NCBI GenBank assembly: GCA_977018835.1
Contig: OZ361258.1
Location: 310,001 to 374,000, forward strand
Length of the DNA stretch: 64,000 bases
Reading direction: 5' to 3'
From: Minutocellus sp. GHC0000111
Taxonomy: Eukaryota
Shown here: in pieces, positions 47,668 through 58,739 of the stretch
Numbering within the stretch: the first letter of the stretch is position 1
Layout of the letters: every line of letters starts with the position of its first letter
Program-made: the position numbers and the translations under genes
The notes under the pieces: model-generated
Databases searched by the model: none
Seen by the model: only the letters and a program-made list of their open reading frames with translations
Told to the model about the DNA's origin: nothing

Positions 47668-49203
47668 CTAGCTGTTCTTATCATAACGTTGGGCTTGCTG
47701 TCCTAATTGCAAAATATATGCCTCGTCATCAAGCATCTCCTGGTGAATAACAACAAATGCCACATCCATCGTTGCGTTTTTCCCACCATCTTCACCGGCC
47801 GATGGGAAAATTTGCAGCGCTGTTGATGTAGATGTACTCGACTCCATCTCGCCATTTCCGCATGAGTCCAGTTCTACAGAAATCGAGCCATCGAGCTGCC
47901 CCCGCGAAAATATTGATACTGCGGCCATCTTTCCCTGTTCGTAGGAGATTGATATCCAATACCATTGTTCTTTTGATCCAGAGCCATAGACCTTGAGCTC
48001 TTCTGACTTGCCGCCATTTGCTCGCAATTCGAATGTCTGCTTGAAATCACCCTTGTCGATGTAGACCAATGATAATTGATCCTCCAACGCAACAACTGTG
48101 CTCCCAACGCTCAAATCTCTGGCCCAGAAGGATATTGTGATTCCATTTTGGATTAGGTCAGATGGCAAGTACGCTTTCAGGCCACCATTTATTATTTGAA
48201 GCGCCCCAATGCCTGAATATGGTCCATTGTCAAGCTGTATCATATTCACATTGTCATTCTCTGCGCACAAAGCAGAAACGATCGAACCTTCCATTGCACT
48301 GGCATCACTCAAACACGGCAGGTCGGCATCATCCTCACCAACCCCCGCCTTTTGATAGTTCAAATCCGCTCCGGCGGTAAAGATAGCCGCCATGCGTTCG
48401 TCACGCAACGGGAGCTTGTTCTTCCGTCCAATCCACTGCTGTATAACACACTTTTTGCCCTTCTTCACAGGACATGCACCATGCGTGCTCGATCTTGCGA
48501 AGGTTTCATACTCATCTCCCAACCAATTTTGCCACGTCACGGCGCGTCCAACCACCGGCTCTACCACCACGTGATGCTTCTTGGGCCTGTCGCAGTAGGA
48601 TCGAAATAATTTCAATGCGCCGTCCTCCGTATTCCCCGTCCTCATGTCACGTTCGTCCTCCAACTCACGCATGGTGAAGAGCGTCTCACCTCCACCACCC
48701 TCTGGTGCCTCAAGGTAGACAAGAACGGTCGCCGCTCTGTCGGCATTAACGGCAGCATCGGCATCGTCTCTGTGCAGGCCATGCAGCTCATCTTCTTCAT
48801 AGCACGCCATTTGAATGTCCTCTACGTAGCTATGGTTGAACCCGGCCAACTGCGCCGCTCTTCGTTCTATGTCAAAGGTAATCGGATCGCCGAGCGGTGG
48901 CAGCCGCACGGATCGTGATGTGCGGTATTTGGACGTTCCAGCTGCCTTGTTCTTGACATATCCCAAACTGCGACTCTCCTTCATTAGCAATTCATACCTG
49001 TCGAGGAGGTATGCCGCTTCGTCGGGCGAGAGGAAGTTGTCGACCACTTGGGGCTTGGGTGGTTTCGGACGTTTGAACTTGCGCAGCAGCTTTTGCAGGG
49101 GATTGTCTTCTTTGCACTCGGCGACGACAATTCGCGATGCACACAATGCCGTTACACCAAGGACGGAGTGGAGGCTGCGCTTTGCCATGGCTGCAAAAGT
49201 CAT
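47668..49203 (-). CDS. Prolyl 4-hydroxylase-like 2OG-Fe(II) dioxygenase with an extra C-terminal beta-rich (ConA/LamG-like) domain
   Basis: VDNFLSPDEA, RTSRS, LHRD, TVLVYL, GGETLF and HGACPV..KCVIQQWI motifs. The C-terminus has ITISFW and WYWISISY. Confidence 0.85.
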   Translation of the reverse strand: MTFAAMAKRSLHSVLGVTALCASRIVVAECKEDNPLQKLLRKFKRPKPPKPQVVDNFLSPDEAAYLLDRYELLMKESRSLGYVKNKAAGTSKYRTSRSVRLPPLGDPITFDIERRAAQLAGFNHSYVEDIQMACYEEDELHGLHRDDADAAVNADRAATVLVYLEAPEGGGGETLFTMRELEDERDMRTGNTEDGALKLFRSYCDRPKKHHVVVEPVVGRAVTWQNWLGDEYETFARSSTHGACPVKKGKKCVIQQWIGRKNKLPLRDERMAAIFTAGADLNYQKAGVGEDDADLPCLSDASAMEGSIVSALCAENDNVNMIQLDNGPYSGIGALQIINGGLKAYLPSDLIQNGITISFWARDLSVGSTVVALEDQLSLVYIDKGDFKQTFELRANGGKSEELKVYGSGSKEQWYWISISYEQGKMAAVSIFSRGQLDGSISVELDSCGNGEMESSTSTSTALQIFPSAGEDGGKNATMDVAFVVIHQEMLDDEAYILQLGQQAQRYDKNS

Positions 49204-49343
49204 ATTGAGCTACCCGATCTGGTTCAACCTCGATTAAAACCCGAGTCCCATAGATTTATCAGCAGGAGACCTCAGCACAAAACTGACGGCTGGCCTTTCT
49301 CTGCCTTCGATTCATCGTTTTGTGTCGGTACTTTCAGGCAACC

Positions 49344-50594
49344 ATGTTCTCTGCCCTCGCCAGAAGGGCGGTCCCCGCGACCGCCAACCGACTCTCTTCG
49401 GTCGCCGCCACCGGCGGAGCCCGACGAAGCATGGGTTCGGAACAAAGCTTTGTAAGTGCGAGAGACTTTCGAGAGGCCCTTCCGCGGAGGAGCTTATTTG
49501 CTGGTACATTTTGTACGCACACTACCAACGTATTTTTGCTCCAGACCACCAGCCGACGAACCGATGAGCTGCTCTGGTGCTCGGCTGCCTCTGGGCATAC
49601 AGATGCGGCAAATAGGACGATAAATTCTCCAAAGTTTGCTGTTTCTGTGCTTCCACGGAACACATCTTGTGCTTTTGCGTATCTTTTTCTCACATGTCTT
49701 CGTTCTTTCTGCTCTCCTGCCACCTCACAGCACATCGACACCCCCGACAACACCGTTGAGACCAAGTTCGACTTCAACGAGGAGAACTACAAGAGAGTTG
49801 AAATGGTATGTTCAAACGTTTGTTCCGCTTGTCACTGAATGATTACACATATCGGAACAATACAGTATTCATAATCTCACACGTTCTCAACTCGAATCCT
49901 CGACGAAATGTTGGGCGGGCGGACGAATGAACGAATATTCTGCGGCGTGTCTATGTACTTTGCGGAACGCTTCCAGATCCTATCAAAATATCCCGCCAAC
50001 TACAAGCAATCGGGCATCATCCCTTTGTTGGACTTGGCGCAGCGACAGAACGGCGGGTGGTTGCCCGTATCGGCCATGGACAAGGTGGCCCAAATTGTCG
50101 GCTCGGCACCCTCTCGCGTATACGAGGTGGCCTCCTTCTACACCATGTTCAACCGTACCAAGGTGGGCAAGTACTTCATCCAGCTTTGCGGAACCACCCC
50201 CTGTATGATCTGCGGCTCGGAGGACATTAAGCAGACCATTACCAAGCATTTGGGCATCAAGAACGGCGAGACGACCAAGGACGGACTGTTCACCCTCCTC
50301 GAGGTGGAGTGCCTCGGTGCGTGTGCCAACGCACCCATGATCCAAATGAACGATGACTACTATGAATGCTTGACGCCGGAGACCATGATTGAGCTTCTTG
50401 AGGCATGCAAGAAGGGCAGCCCACCACCGATGGGTAAGTGGGGAAGCCTTCCTATGAATGGACAGGTTAGCTGCGAGGGACCGCTGGGCAAGACATCTCT
50501 CTTCGACGAGCCCGGGCCGGTACCCATTTCCGAGGGACGCTTCGACGAGGGCAAGGTCGATCCGGCTAGCGTCAAGGAGCACATGGCGTATTGA
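49344..50594 (+). CDS. NDUFV2: NADH:ubiquinone oxidoreductase 24 kDa subunit; exons 49344-49451, 49731-49805 and 49977-50594
   Basis: Mitochondrial presequence; IPLLDLAQRQ, EVASFYTMF, CGTTPC and ECLGAC motifs; two canonical introns. Confidence 0.95.
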
Positions 50595-50784
50595 GAGGAA
50601 GAAGGGTAGGAATTGCAGGATCTACCGTAGAGCCTATTTATTCTAGCTTCTAGATTCAATCATCAGATCATATCTATATATAGTGCTGATTTGTAATATG
50701 TAGACTATATATGGCCCCAAATGGCGGCAAGGCTTGCCATTTGCCTTGCCTACCATGGGCATTATTATTAGCCCATGTTGCCTA

Positions 50785-51266
50785 CAGTCCGTGCACACCA
50801 ATAAGCATATTTGATATGCTTGTTTAGGCCTCAGATTTTTGCCTCTGATAAGCATATATATGTAAGGCGCCTAATGAGACCTCAGCATGCCTCTGAGATT
50901 GTATGTGGGCAAGGCCCTCGCAGTCCACCGGTGGCAGTCATGTCTTCCCGGTGAGGACTTTGAAAAGCTCCTTTCAGGTGACGATGAGGCTTCACTTCAG
51001 GTCGGACTGAAGTCTTGGTGCGTTGTCAAGTTGGAGTACAAAATGCTTCCTGGCGGTCTGGAGAGGTTTGCATGTAGATCTAGGTAGAGTAAAAGCTTCG
51101 TGCATGTAATTTCTCTCTTTAGATCTAGACGTTACTTTGCTACATGGTGCTGCCACGTCATCATCTAATAAGCTCATGCTTAGGTCAGACCTCAGGTTTC
51201 GCCCCAACATAAGCATATTGAGACCTCAGCTCAAAAATGGATGTGCTTATTATTGTGCACGGACTG
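50785..51266 (-). mobile_element. Tc1/mariner(IS630)-derived non-autonomous element (MITE), 482 bp
   Basis: TA|CAGTCCGTGCACAccaataagca...tgcttattatTGTGCACGGACTG|TA gives a ~26-bp imperfect TIR with a TA target duplication. An internal minus-strand remnant reads FVLQLDNAP. Confidence 0.85.
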
Positions 51267-52353
51267 TACTGCCTGCTTGCCACTTGGCTTGCCTTATTAA
51301 GCAGCTCGTACGTAGCACTGGTTCATCAACTCACAATCTCAACTCGGTGCTGTTCTGGCCACCGCTTGGACTAAATACGAACAATTCTACCACGATTCAG
51401 GACTAGCCCAATCTGAGAAGGGGGGTGGCATGCTTAATGCTCAGCCTGCTGAACGAGTGGGATTCTACGAAGACGATCGGCGCCCATCGAAGATTACCAA
51501 AGCCACCACTGACGAGATCGAGCAGGCGCGCTACGAGATACATGTACTCGACCAGGAGATCAAGAACAAGCCCATCGATGACAGGGCCTGTAAAACAAAT
51601 GATGGTGAGCAATTTGAGGTCAGTGCTCTCAGCGAAATTGCTGCTTGAAGGTGGGGACGGAGCACCGCGCAGCCTGCTGCTGCTGCCTGCTTGCCGGGCG
51701 CCGGCTGCCACTGTCTTGAGGTCACTGTGTTGTCGGGTCGTTCTCTCGTTGTCTCATTATCTCGTTCTTTGCTGCTGCTCTCCCGTGGTCCGTTCAAACA
51801 GTACTCTAGCTACGTAGCTACGTAGGCCTAGCTAGCTAGAGTAGGGCAAGTAGGCCTCTTCCTCGTTGTCTCAGGGCCAACTTGGAAAAGCATCATGATG
51901 ATTTCAGAAGCTCGGAGTTTCGTCATAAATCGGAAATACCCAATATCAATTCTGAAACACTTATGCCTCAAAATGACATAATCTTCATGATTTATGGTAT
52001 CCTGCTCTTCGGGGATAAGTTCCCTGACATTTTGCAATTTATCATTTCAGGAGATCCCGCGCAGATGTTTCCCCGGCATCCTACCTAGGTACTCTTTTAT
52101 TGCTGGTGTGGTGCGCCGAACACACTCGAAGCTTTCACAAAATACCGCCATAAGCCTCATTCTCAATAAGCTGAACAGTTACTTATCGTCTAACAACTTC
52201 ACTTGTTTTGACAAGACCAATCATTAACCCAAGCCGCCATTCGTAGCATCTAATCTTTCACTTCGCCTGCTCGTTCAGCTCAACATCACGCTTGCGAAAG
52301 AACGATTTTCTCACTTCCCGCCCCCGCCACACAGAAAGAACAAACCCCGACAC

Positions 52354-52654
52354 AATGTGCCTCTCTCAAAATAAGAATTCGTCTGCATTTACCACTCCGG
52401 CGCCAAGAACAAGCCAAAGCACAAATGCCAATCGATTACCTTCCATCGTCGACGCATTTTCATTTCCCAGCGATACGCACGTGCCAAGTAGCACAAAGTG
52501 CAGCGAAGAAAAATGTCTACTTCCTTCTATGCTGCCAATGATACCGGAGAGACTAAACTGGCCCGACGAAATTAGGGCACCCCGTTTGAGTATGAGAAGT
52601 TCTTCAGAATCAATATCACACAGTAGCATCCGTATTGCTCTTTACAGTGCATGA
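52354..52654 (+). CDS. Small hypothetical protein
   Basis: ~99-aa ORF after an A/C-rich leader (acacaATG); no recognisable domain. Confidence 0.4.
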
Positions 52655-53097
52655 AGAACATATTGTTTCTTCATTGCGTGCGATAGATCGCCCGCATCTC
52701 TTCATGTTTTGCATAATAATCAAGAATGGTTTATATCACGTGTATGTTCCGCCCAAAGAAGGCACCCTATTGAATAAAAAATTGCAAAGTCTTACGACGG
52801 ACGGCAAATTCTCTACAGATAAAATGTGGTGGTGGTGGTGGTGGTGTCGTCCCGCTAAGTATAGCTTAAATCTATCAAATAGAACCCTATTCGAAAATAG
52901 GTAGCCGCGCTTGCATTAGCAAGAGCACACATCATAATTTGATATAGACATTAAAATGTAATAGCTAATTGTATATTACAAATCAGCCATGCTAATGTAC
53001 AAGCCGCCGATAACTTTCTAGCATTATTTCTAATTTAGCAAGAGTGGGACTTTCCTTGGTAATCATAATTCCTTGCAAAGATGTTGCAGCATTGCAC

Positions 53098-54420
53098 TCA
53101 AGATGCGTCTCGCCTTTCTACCTTGATCTGTTTCTCTTCAAGGGCCTGCTCTAACCAGAGAACGCGCTCGATGAGGGCTTCATTGTCTGCCCTCAAATCT
53201 TGCACTTGTGCCTTGAGCGAATGCGAGCTCAATGGATCCTTGCAGGCTGCCAATATCGCGTGGCCGAGCTCTTCCAAATCATCGTCCGGTACTTGCGTCG
53301 TGGATCCACGAGGGCGCACAATGAAAGTATCTTCGTACGTGCCATCGTTGCTCATGGTAAAAAGGCCATTCTCATCAGTGCCGCCATCATCTCGCACCTT
53401 GTGGTGGGTTCCTCTTAACTCGAGCACACTATATCCAGATGCACTCAGGGCGGCTGTCATGGACGCCAAGATCCCATCGACATCTGGTCCTCTCACTGTA
53501 ATTGCAGTTGCATCGTTCCGTACCTTATTCGAGCACTCGACCTCAAACGCAATTTCTTGCTCTTGCGTAATTGCCTGTAACTTCAATATCGCCGACTTGT
53601 CCGTATCGATGAAGAAAAGATGGATCATTCCGAGGGCACAACCGAGCATTGCACTAACAGTATTGAATGAGAGGGCAACAGATGCATGTTAGAAATTCGT
53701 AAAATATGCGAATGACGTGATGAGGCGCACATCAAACATCACTTACCCAACGAGTGTGCCGGCGAAGCCAACTCGATGCACAACCTTGAGCGATCGCTGC
53801 GCCTCGGTTAGACCCGGACTGGGCAATCCGACACTCATCGCCAGCCTCTCCACCGTCCCACCCGTTGCCAAGCCCACGAAATTCGAAATCATATTACCAA
53901 ACGCTGCAGCTGTCAGAGTTGACAGACCGAACCAAACACCGATCGTACAATCGATGGCATTACCAGCATAAATCATGATTGACTGCTCCATAAAACCTAA
54001 AAAAGAAGAAAATTGGGCCGGTTTTGACGAACGCATTGCATGGATGTGAAGAATACGCACACTAGCTAGCCACTTAGTAGGCACATGTTACTCACCAAAG
54101 GTGAACATAGGGACCGCTTCCCACAGACAATGGAGACGAAGTTGGCGTCTGGTCGGTCGAGGAGTTGTTGACTCGGTAGTCGCCGTGGTCTTCTCCAGTA
54201 CCGATGCCGAGTCCTCCGCTGCAGCAATCGCCTTCTCTCGTTCAGAGGTTGACGTGTACCGAGTCAGCATCGGCTGATGGGTTCGACGACTCGATGATGC
54301 CATTGCACTTTCATTGGCGATTGCTAGCGTTTTCAGAATGTGATGCGCCCGAGACGAGATGAGGGATATACCCCGAGAAGCATGGCAGCGTCGAAACACG
54401 ATTGTACGTGTTGCGATCAT
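53098..54420 (-). CDS. TMEM65-like mitochondrial membrane protein with a C-terminal ACT-like domain and coiled coil; introns 53997-54095 and 53654-53746
   Basis: AVPMFTFGFMEQSIMIYAGNAID..STLTAAAFGNMIS..GAMLGCALGM; ITVRGPDVDGILASMTAALS; canonical introns restore the frame. Confidence 0.8.
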
Positions 54421-54892
54421 GATTGAGCAGATATCACGCAGGATTTGGCTTCGGTGAAGATAGGTGACTCTATCGGCGTGAAGGCTTGGTAGCGTGTGGT
54501 ACCGCGGTTGTCAAGTCTGTGAGTTCGCTTGACTTCGTTCGGCCGCTTTCATGAATGGGACATTGGTGTCATCGTTATCTCATCGCACCGTCTCGCAATC
54601 GCCACTCGGCGTCGCGCGTGCTGCTTGTCTGCCCCAACCGAAGAAGGGACAAGCATCACATACCGGTAGTAGAGAAATCCATGGGCTTCAAGCTAATGTA
54701 GAGTGTATGTTCTGCGGTCTACTTTTAAACTGAAGCACGGCACATGATTTATTTGTGCTACCGGTGTGACAGAAAAGAGCTTCAACTCAACAGTCCAACT
54801 TCACCTGCCAGCAAACAGCCTCGGTGGACCGATACTTCAGATTCTGCTACCTTCCATATATTGCATTTTCTTTTTACAACATGAAACATGTG

Positions 54893-55660
54893 TTAAGACG
54901 AAGCCGACTGAGCCAAACGAGCGTCGCGGTCCTTGACCTTCTTTTCGAAAGTCCGTCCCTGAACACGGCAGGCAGAGCGACGGATCTCATCCACCGAAGG
55001 AATATCTCCGCCACCGTCCGGTCCGAGAAGCTTGCCCTCGGTACGGTAGCTCAACAACGCCTCACTCAGATCCTCCAACGCACGGGAGCTGGCCTGCTGA
55101 TCCTTCTTGGCCAGGGCCTTGACCAGGGCCTTCTGCGCCTTCTCGAACCTGTTGGCTTCGTCCATCATATTCTTCGCGAAGGACACCTTGACATTGGTAC
55201 CGCCGCCGGTAAGACTGGAGGTGTACAGCTTCATTGGGAGGACGGTGTCATCAGCAATTTTCACGGCAAACTCGGTCGCAGAATCCCAATCCTCGTTACC
55301 GATGAACGCAGCGGCGTCGGGAATGGCATCGCTGCACTTCTTAATTCGCGGCAAGTACCTCTTCTTGTTCGTCGGGTAGTAGTAGTTCGATCGGAGGTTG
55401 GGTTCGATGGTACTTTCGGACTTGGGAGCGGTCTTGGCCTCAACGACAGGCTTCTTCTCCGCAATCTTTTTGGGATCCGATCCGTACTCGTCGAGGAGCG
55501 ACGCCGAGGCCGACGAGGGAACAGAGACGGCAATGGCGGCGGCAGATGCGATCGATGCGCCAATGCTTTGCAGAGCCGCTCGTCGGCCGTCATCGGGCGT
55601 GAAGGCATTGGCGCAAGGGGCAGCGAGAGCGAGAGCGACAAAGGCAGAGGAGAGCTTCAT
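54893..55660 (-). CDS. Plastid thylakoid-lumen protein (signal peptide, AF, twin-arginine lumenal signal)
   Basis: MKLSSAFVALALAAPCANA-FTPDDGRRAALQSIG..SASA-S followed by a helical mature domain. Confidence 0.75.
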   Translation of the reverse strand: MKLSSAFVALALAAPCANAFTPDDGRRAALQSIGASIASAAAIAVSVPSSASASLLDEYGSDPKKIAEKKPVVEAKTAPKSESTIEPNLRSNYYYPTNKKRYLPRIKKCSDAIPDAAAFIGNEDWDSATEFAVKIADDTVLPMKLYTSSLTGGGTNVKVSFAKNMMDEANRFEKAQKALVKALAKKDQQASSRALEDLSEALLSYRTEGKLLGPDGGGDIPSVDEIRRSACRVQGRTFEKKVKDRDARLAQSASS

Positions 55661-56246
55661 CTTTTGGTTCATTGAAGGGTGGGTATGTATTTTGATTGGA
55701 CTACTTCGTGTTACCGCAAATGAATGCCGTTGAAGAAATAAATGCGCCATCGTTGCTTGCCGACGTGCCGACTTTTCGACGGCTTAGCGCTGAGGTGGCG
55801 CGTCAAGAATAAGGGGGCATAAAAAGGGATGCACCTAATATTATTGGCTGCTTTAGATGACGGATGGATGACTGACTGTGTGACTGACGCCGGATGAAGA
55901 ATAGATCTACATCTACACGTACCGGTAGCTAGGGATCCCTACCAGTGCACGTTGGCAAAGCATTAGTCTACGTATGGCATGGAACATGAACATTTTTACT
56001 ATGGAACAAAAATTGTGGAGAGAAAGCGCCCCTTAAAAAAAGGGGTTCCTCCTCTCCGTCAGTCATCTCCCTTCTTTGCGGAATCATCTGCCGGCGGCCT
56101 CACTTGTGATCTAGAGTCTAGATCTAGTCTATTTCTTGGGCAAACGAATGACACCGAGCAAAGTTCCTACGTAGGCACAAATTTACGTCGGTGCAGCCGA
56201 AATTCGACCTAAATGAACAGCCAATATCCTAAAATACAGAAACACA

Positions 56247-57664
56247 TCACGGCGCCGGGAGGATGCCGAGAGCAACCTCAACCTGATATCCAGCATACAG
56301 CACCGGCCACATCGCCAACAATGGCCAGCACGCCCCCAAAACCTTCTTGGGCAGCTCAAAGCTCAGCTCGGCACCGTCCTTCTTCAAAGTCTCCAGCTCC
56401 ACCTGCCTCGTTAGCTCAATCTCCAAACTCGGATCGACATTCTCGGGAACCTGGTCCTCGACGGCTATGGCGGCCAGCACCTCGACGTCACCTTCCTCGA
56501 CCTCGACGGCCTCCTTGAGGTTGGCAATCTTATCCTCATTGGCAACCTTCGACAGAATTGTGACCCAGATAACCTATGGGGCGCGAATTGATAATCAAAA
56601 TGAGATAGATGAAATACAAAAGTGTGTCTGATTGAAATGAAAATGAGGCACGAACACGTCAAACTCACCTCCATTACATCGACCCAAAGAAGCTTGAGGT
56701 CCATACTAACGGCATGGCTGAAGCTGATGGTATGCACGAACGGCCAAAATCTCCACGCACTCCTGAGCGCCGGCCATTGGGTGGCCCGTACATCCCTCAG
56801 GGTGTCGGCTGGATTCTGTCCAGCCAGGGTTCCAATGACGGTGGAGTAGGCGGCATTGAGAAAGATGGACCAGACCGTCAGATCGGCCGTGACCTTGATG
56901 CCGGTGGCCCACCAGGCCCCGCCAAAGTCCAGGTAGGTTTCCATAAAGGTCAGCCAGTAGTGACACAGCGGTCCATGGACCATGAATCCAGCGGCACCGC
57001 TGCGGAAGGAACGAGGCAGATCAAGCGTACGGAGGGTCTTGCCCTGATAGATTTGCGAGATGAAGTCACCCAGTCCGTACGCGACGCCGCTGGTGCAGGC
57101 CTTGTAGAAAATGGGATTGTTGGGAATGAGCGATTCATACGCATGGATGAGATCAAGGGGAAGGCGGGTCAGCGTGTCGACCGCGACGGTGAACTTGGTC
57201 ATGTCGGCGGGATGAGGGCCGAGGTCATACTCCCACAAGGCTACGAGGGCCTCGACGTGCGTGTGAGTGAGCTGATAAATGGCCGACAGGGCGATAAAAC
57301 TAACAATGGCGGTATTGGTATAGAAAATATTGTCGATGGCGGTGGTACGCTGATCCTGGTCGGTCACGGCCATCTGCATGGTCGCTCCGCCGGAACTTTG
57401 CAGGTCAAGATTCGGCTGAGAATTCTTATTGTTGGTGTTGGCATTGGAAAAGTTATCGGCTGGTTCATCGGAGAGGTATAGATGAGTTAGTGGCCGTCGT
57501 TGAGGGAGGCATGCTGATACTGGTGAGGCATGGGGCATTTGAAGGCTTCGTGACGAAGATGTCGGCGAAGAAGGAGCAAAAGCCGAGCACGTGGATGTGC
57601 TCGAACCGAAAAAAACAGCCGCCGATGCGGCGGCGCAAGATACGACGTGCCGTCTTCCCTTCAT
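56247..57664 (-). CDS. Mpv17/PMP22-family membrane protein, plastid-targeted; intron 56574-56668
   Basis: CSA-FAP presequence; KACTSGVAYGLGDFISQ, HGPLCHYW and AWRFWPFVH motifs. Confidence 0.9.
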
Positions 57665-58030
57665 GATGTGTTATTTATATGATAGAGTAGCAGCGGGCCG
57701 ACGGTGCAAGATCTGAGGCAGGTTGAAGCTTGTGGTGGAACCTCGGCCTCGAAGGACAGCAAGTAAGCCGGGCAAAGCAAAGCAAAGCGGTCGATGTTCG
57801 TCGTTGAGCTCCTTCGTCGAGCCATCACAAAATTCGCTTGAAATTCGAGCACTTTGGCTTCTTCCTCCGGGTCTTCCCGAATTCAAATTCTGCTTACGTT
57901 GCGCCTCAAGAACCACAAATTACCACGAATCAAAGTGAAGCCGGATCCGCAGGATTGAAATCGCCGCGGTCGGACATGAGTTATCGAATTTGCTCGTCAC
58001 TTGCCTCGCTATTGATTTCTTCGATATCTC

Positions 58031-58642
58031 ATGTCCACGCGACAAATCGAGTTTGGCAGGGTGGACAATTTCAGCGTCACCAATACCAACAACTCTGGTC
58101 CTTCCAACAAGAACACATGCGCTTCACAGACCACCTCTGTTCAGCGCGTATATCTGCATGATGATGGAACATTTCCAAACAACGACCAGTACCCAACACT
58201 ACTACTCAAGGCAGTCTTTGACGGAACTCAAGCAGAAGGTGTTCGGATAATCATAGATGATGAACAATGGACAACTCCCTGGGCATGGGGAATATTCGAA
58301 TATCATCATTATCACAGCAGGGCATGGGAGTTGCTCCTTTGCGTGCGGGGAGAGGCGTCGGTGCAGCTTGGTGGGCCGACGGGACCGACGGTATCAATAT
58401 CACGCGGGGATTCCGTTCTGATTCCGCCCGGTGTGGCTCACAAGCAGCTCACAGCTAAAGGTGGTTTTACCCTTTTGGGAGCATATCCGACGCAAGACTT
58501 TGATGGGTCGATTGATACGCTGACTGGGTTGCCCACTGCTGAACAAAGAGATAGGATAAAAGCTTGCTTTGTGCCTCTGACGGAACCAATTACTGGACTG
58601 AATGTAAAGGATTTGTGCACGATCAATAGAATAATTACATAA
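58031..58642 (+). CDS. Cupin-domain protein (bacterial YjlB-like)
   Basis: DDGTFPNN, YHHYHSRAWELL, GDSVLIPPGVAH and GAYP motifs; no introns. Confidence 0.85.
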   Translation: MSTRQIEFGRVDNFSVTNTNNSGPSNKNTCASQTTSVQRVYLHDDGTFPNNDQYPTLLLKAVFDGTQAEGVRIIIDDEQWTTPWAWGIFEYHHYHSRAWELLLCVRGEASVQLGGPTGPTVSISRGDSVLIPPGVAHKQLTAKGGFTLLGAYPTQDFDGSIDTLTGLPTAEQRDRIKACFVPLTEPITGLNVKDLCTINRIIT

Positions 58643-58739
58643 AGCTTCTCAAGAGAACGGTTTTTACTTCGCCTAATGATCCTACTCTAAAGCTCAAATC
58701 AGAGTGATATTACTACGTAGTTAGTAAATTGGGAACTTT

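Noticed and set aside
51403..51817. Short overlapping ORFs next to the MITE
   Set aside because: No clear start, domain or splice structure.
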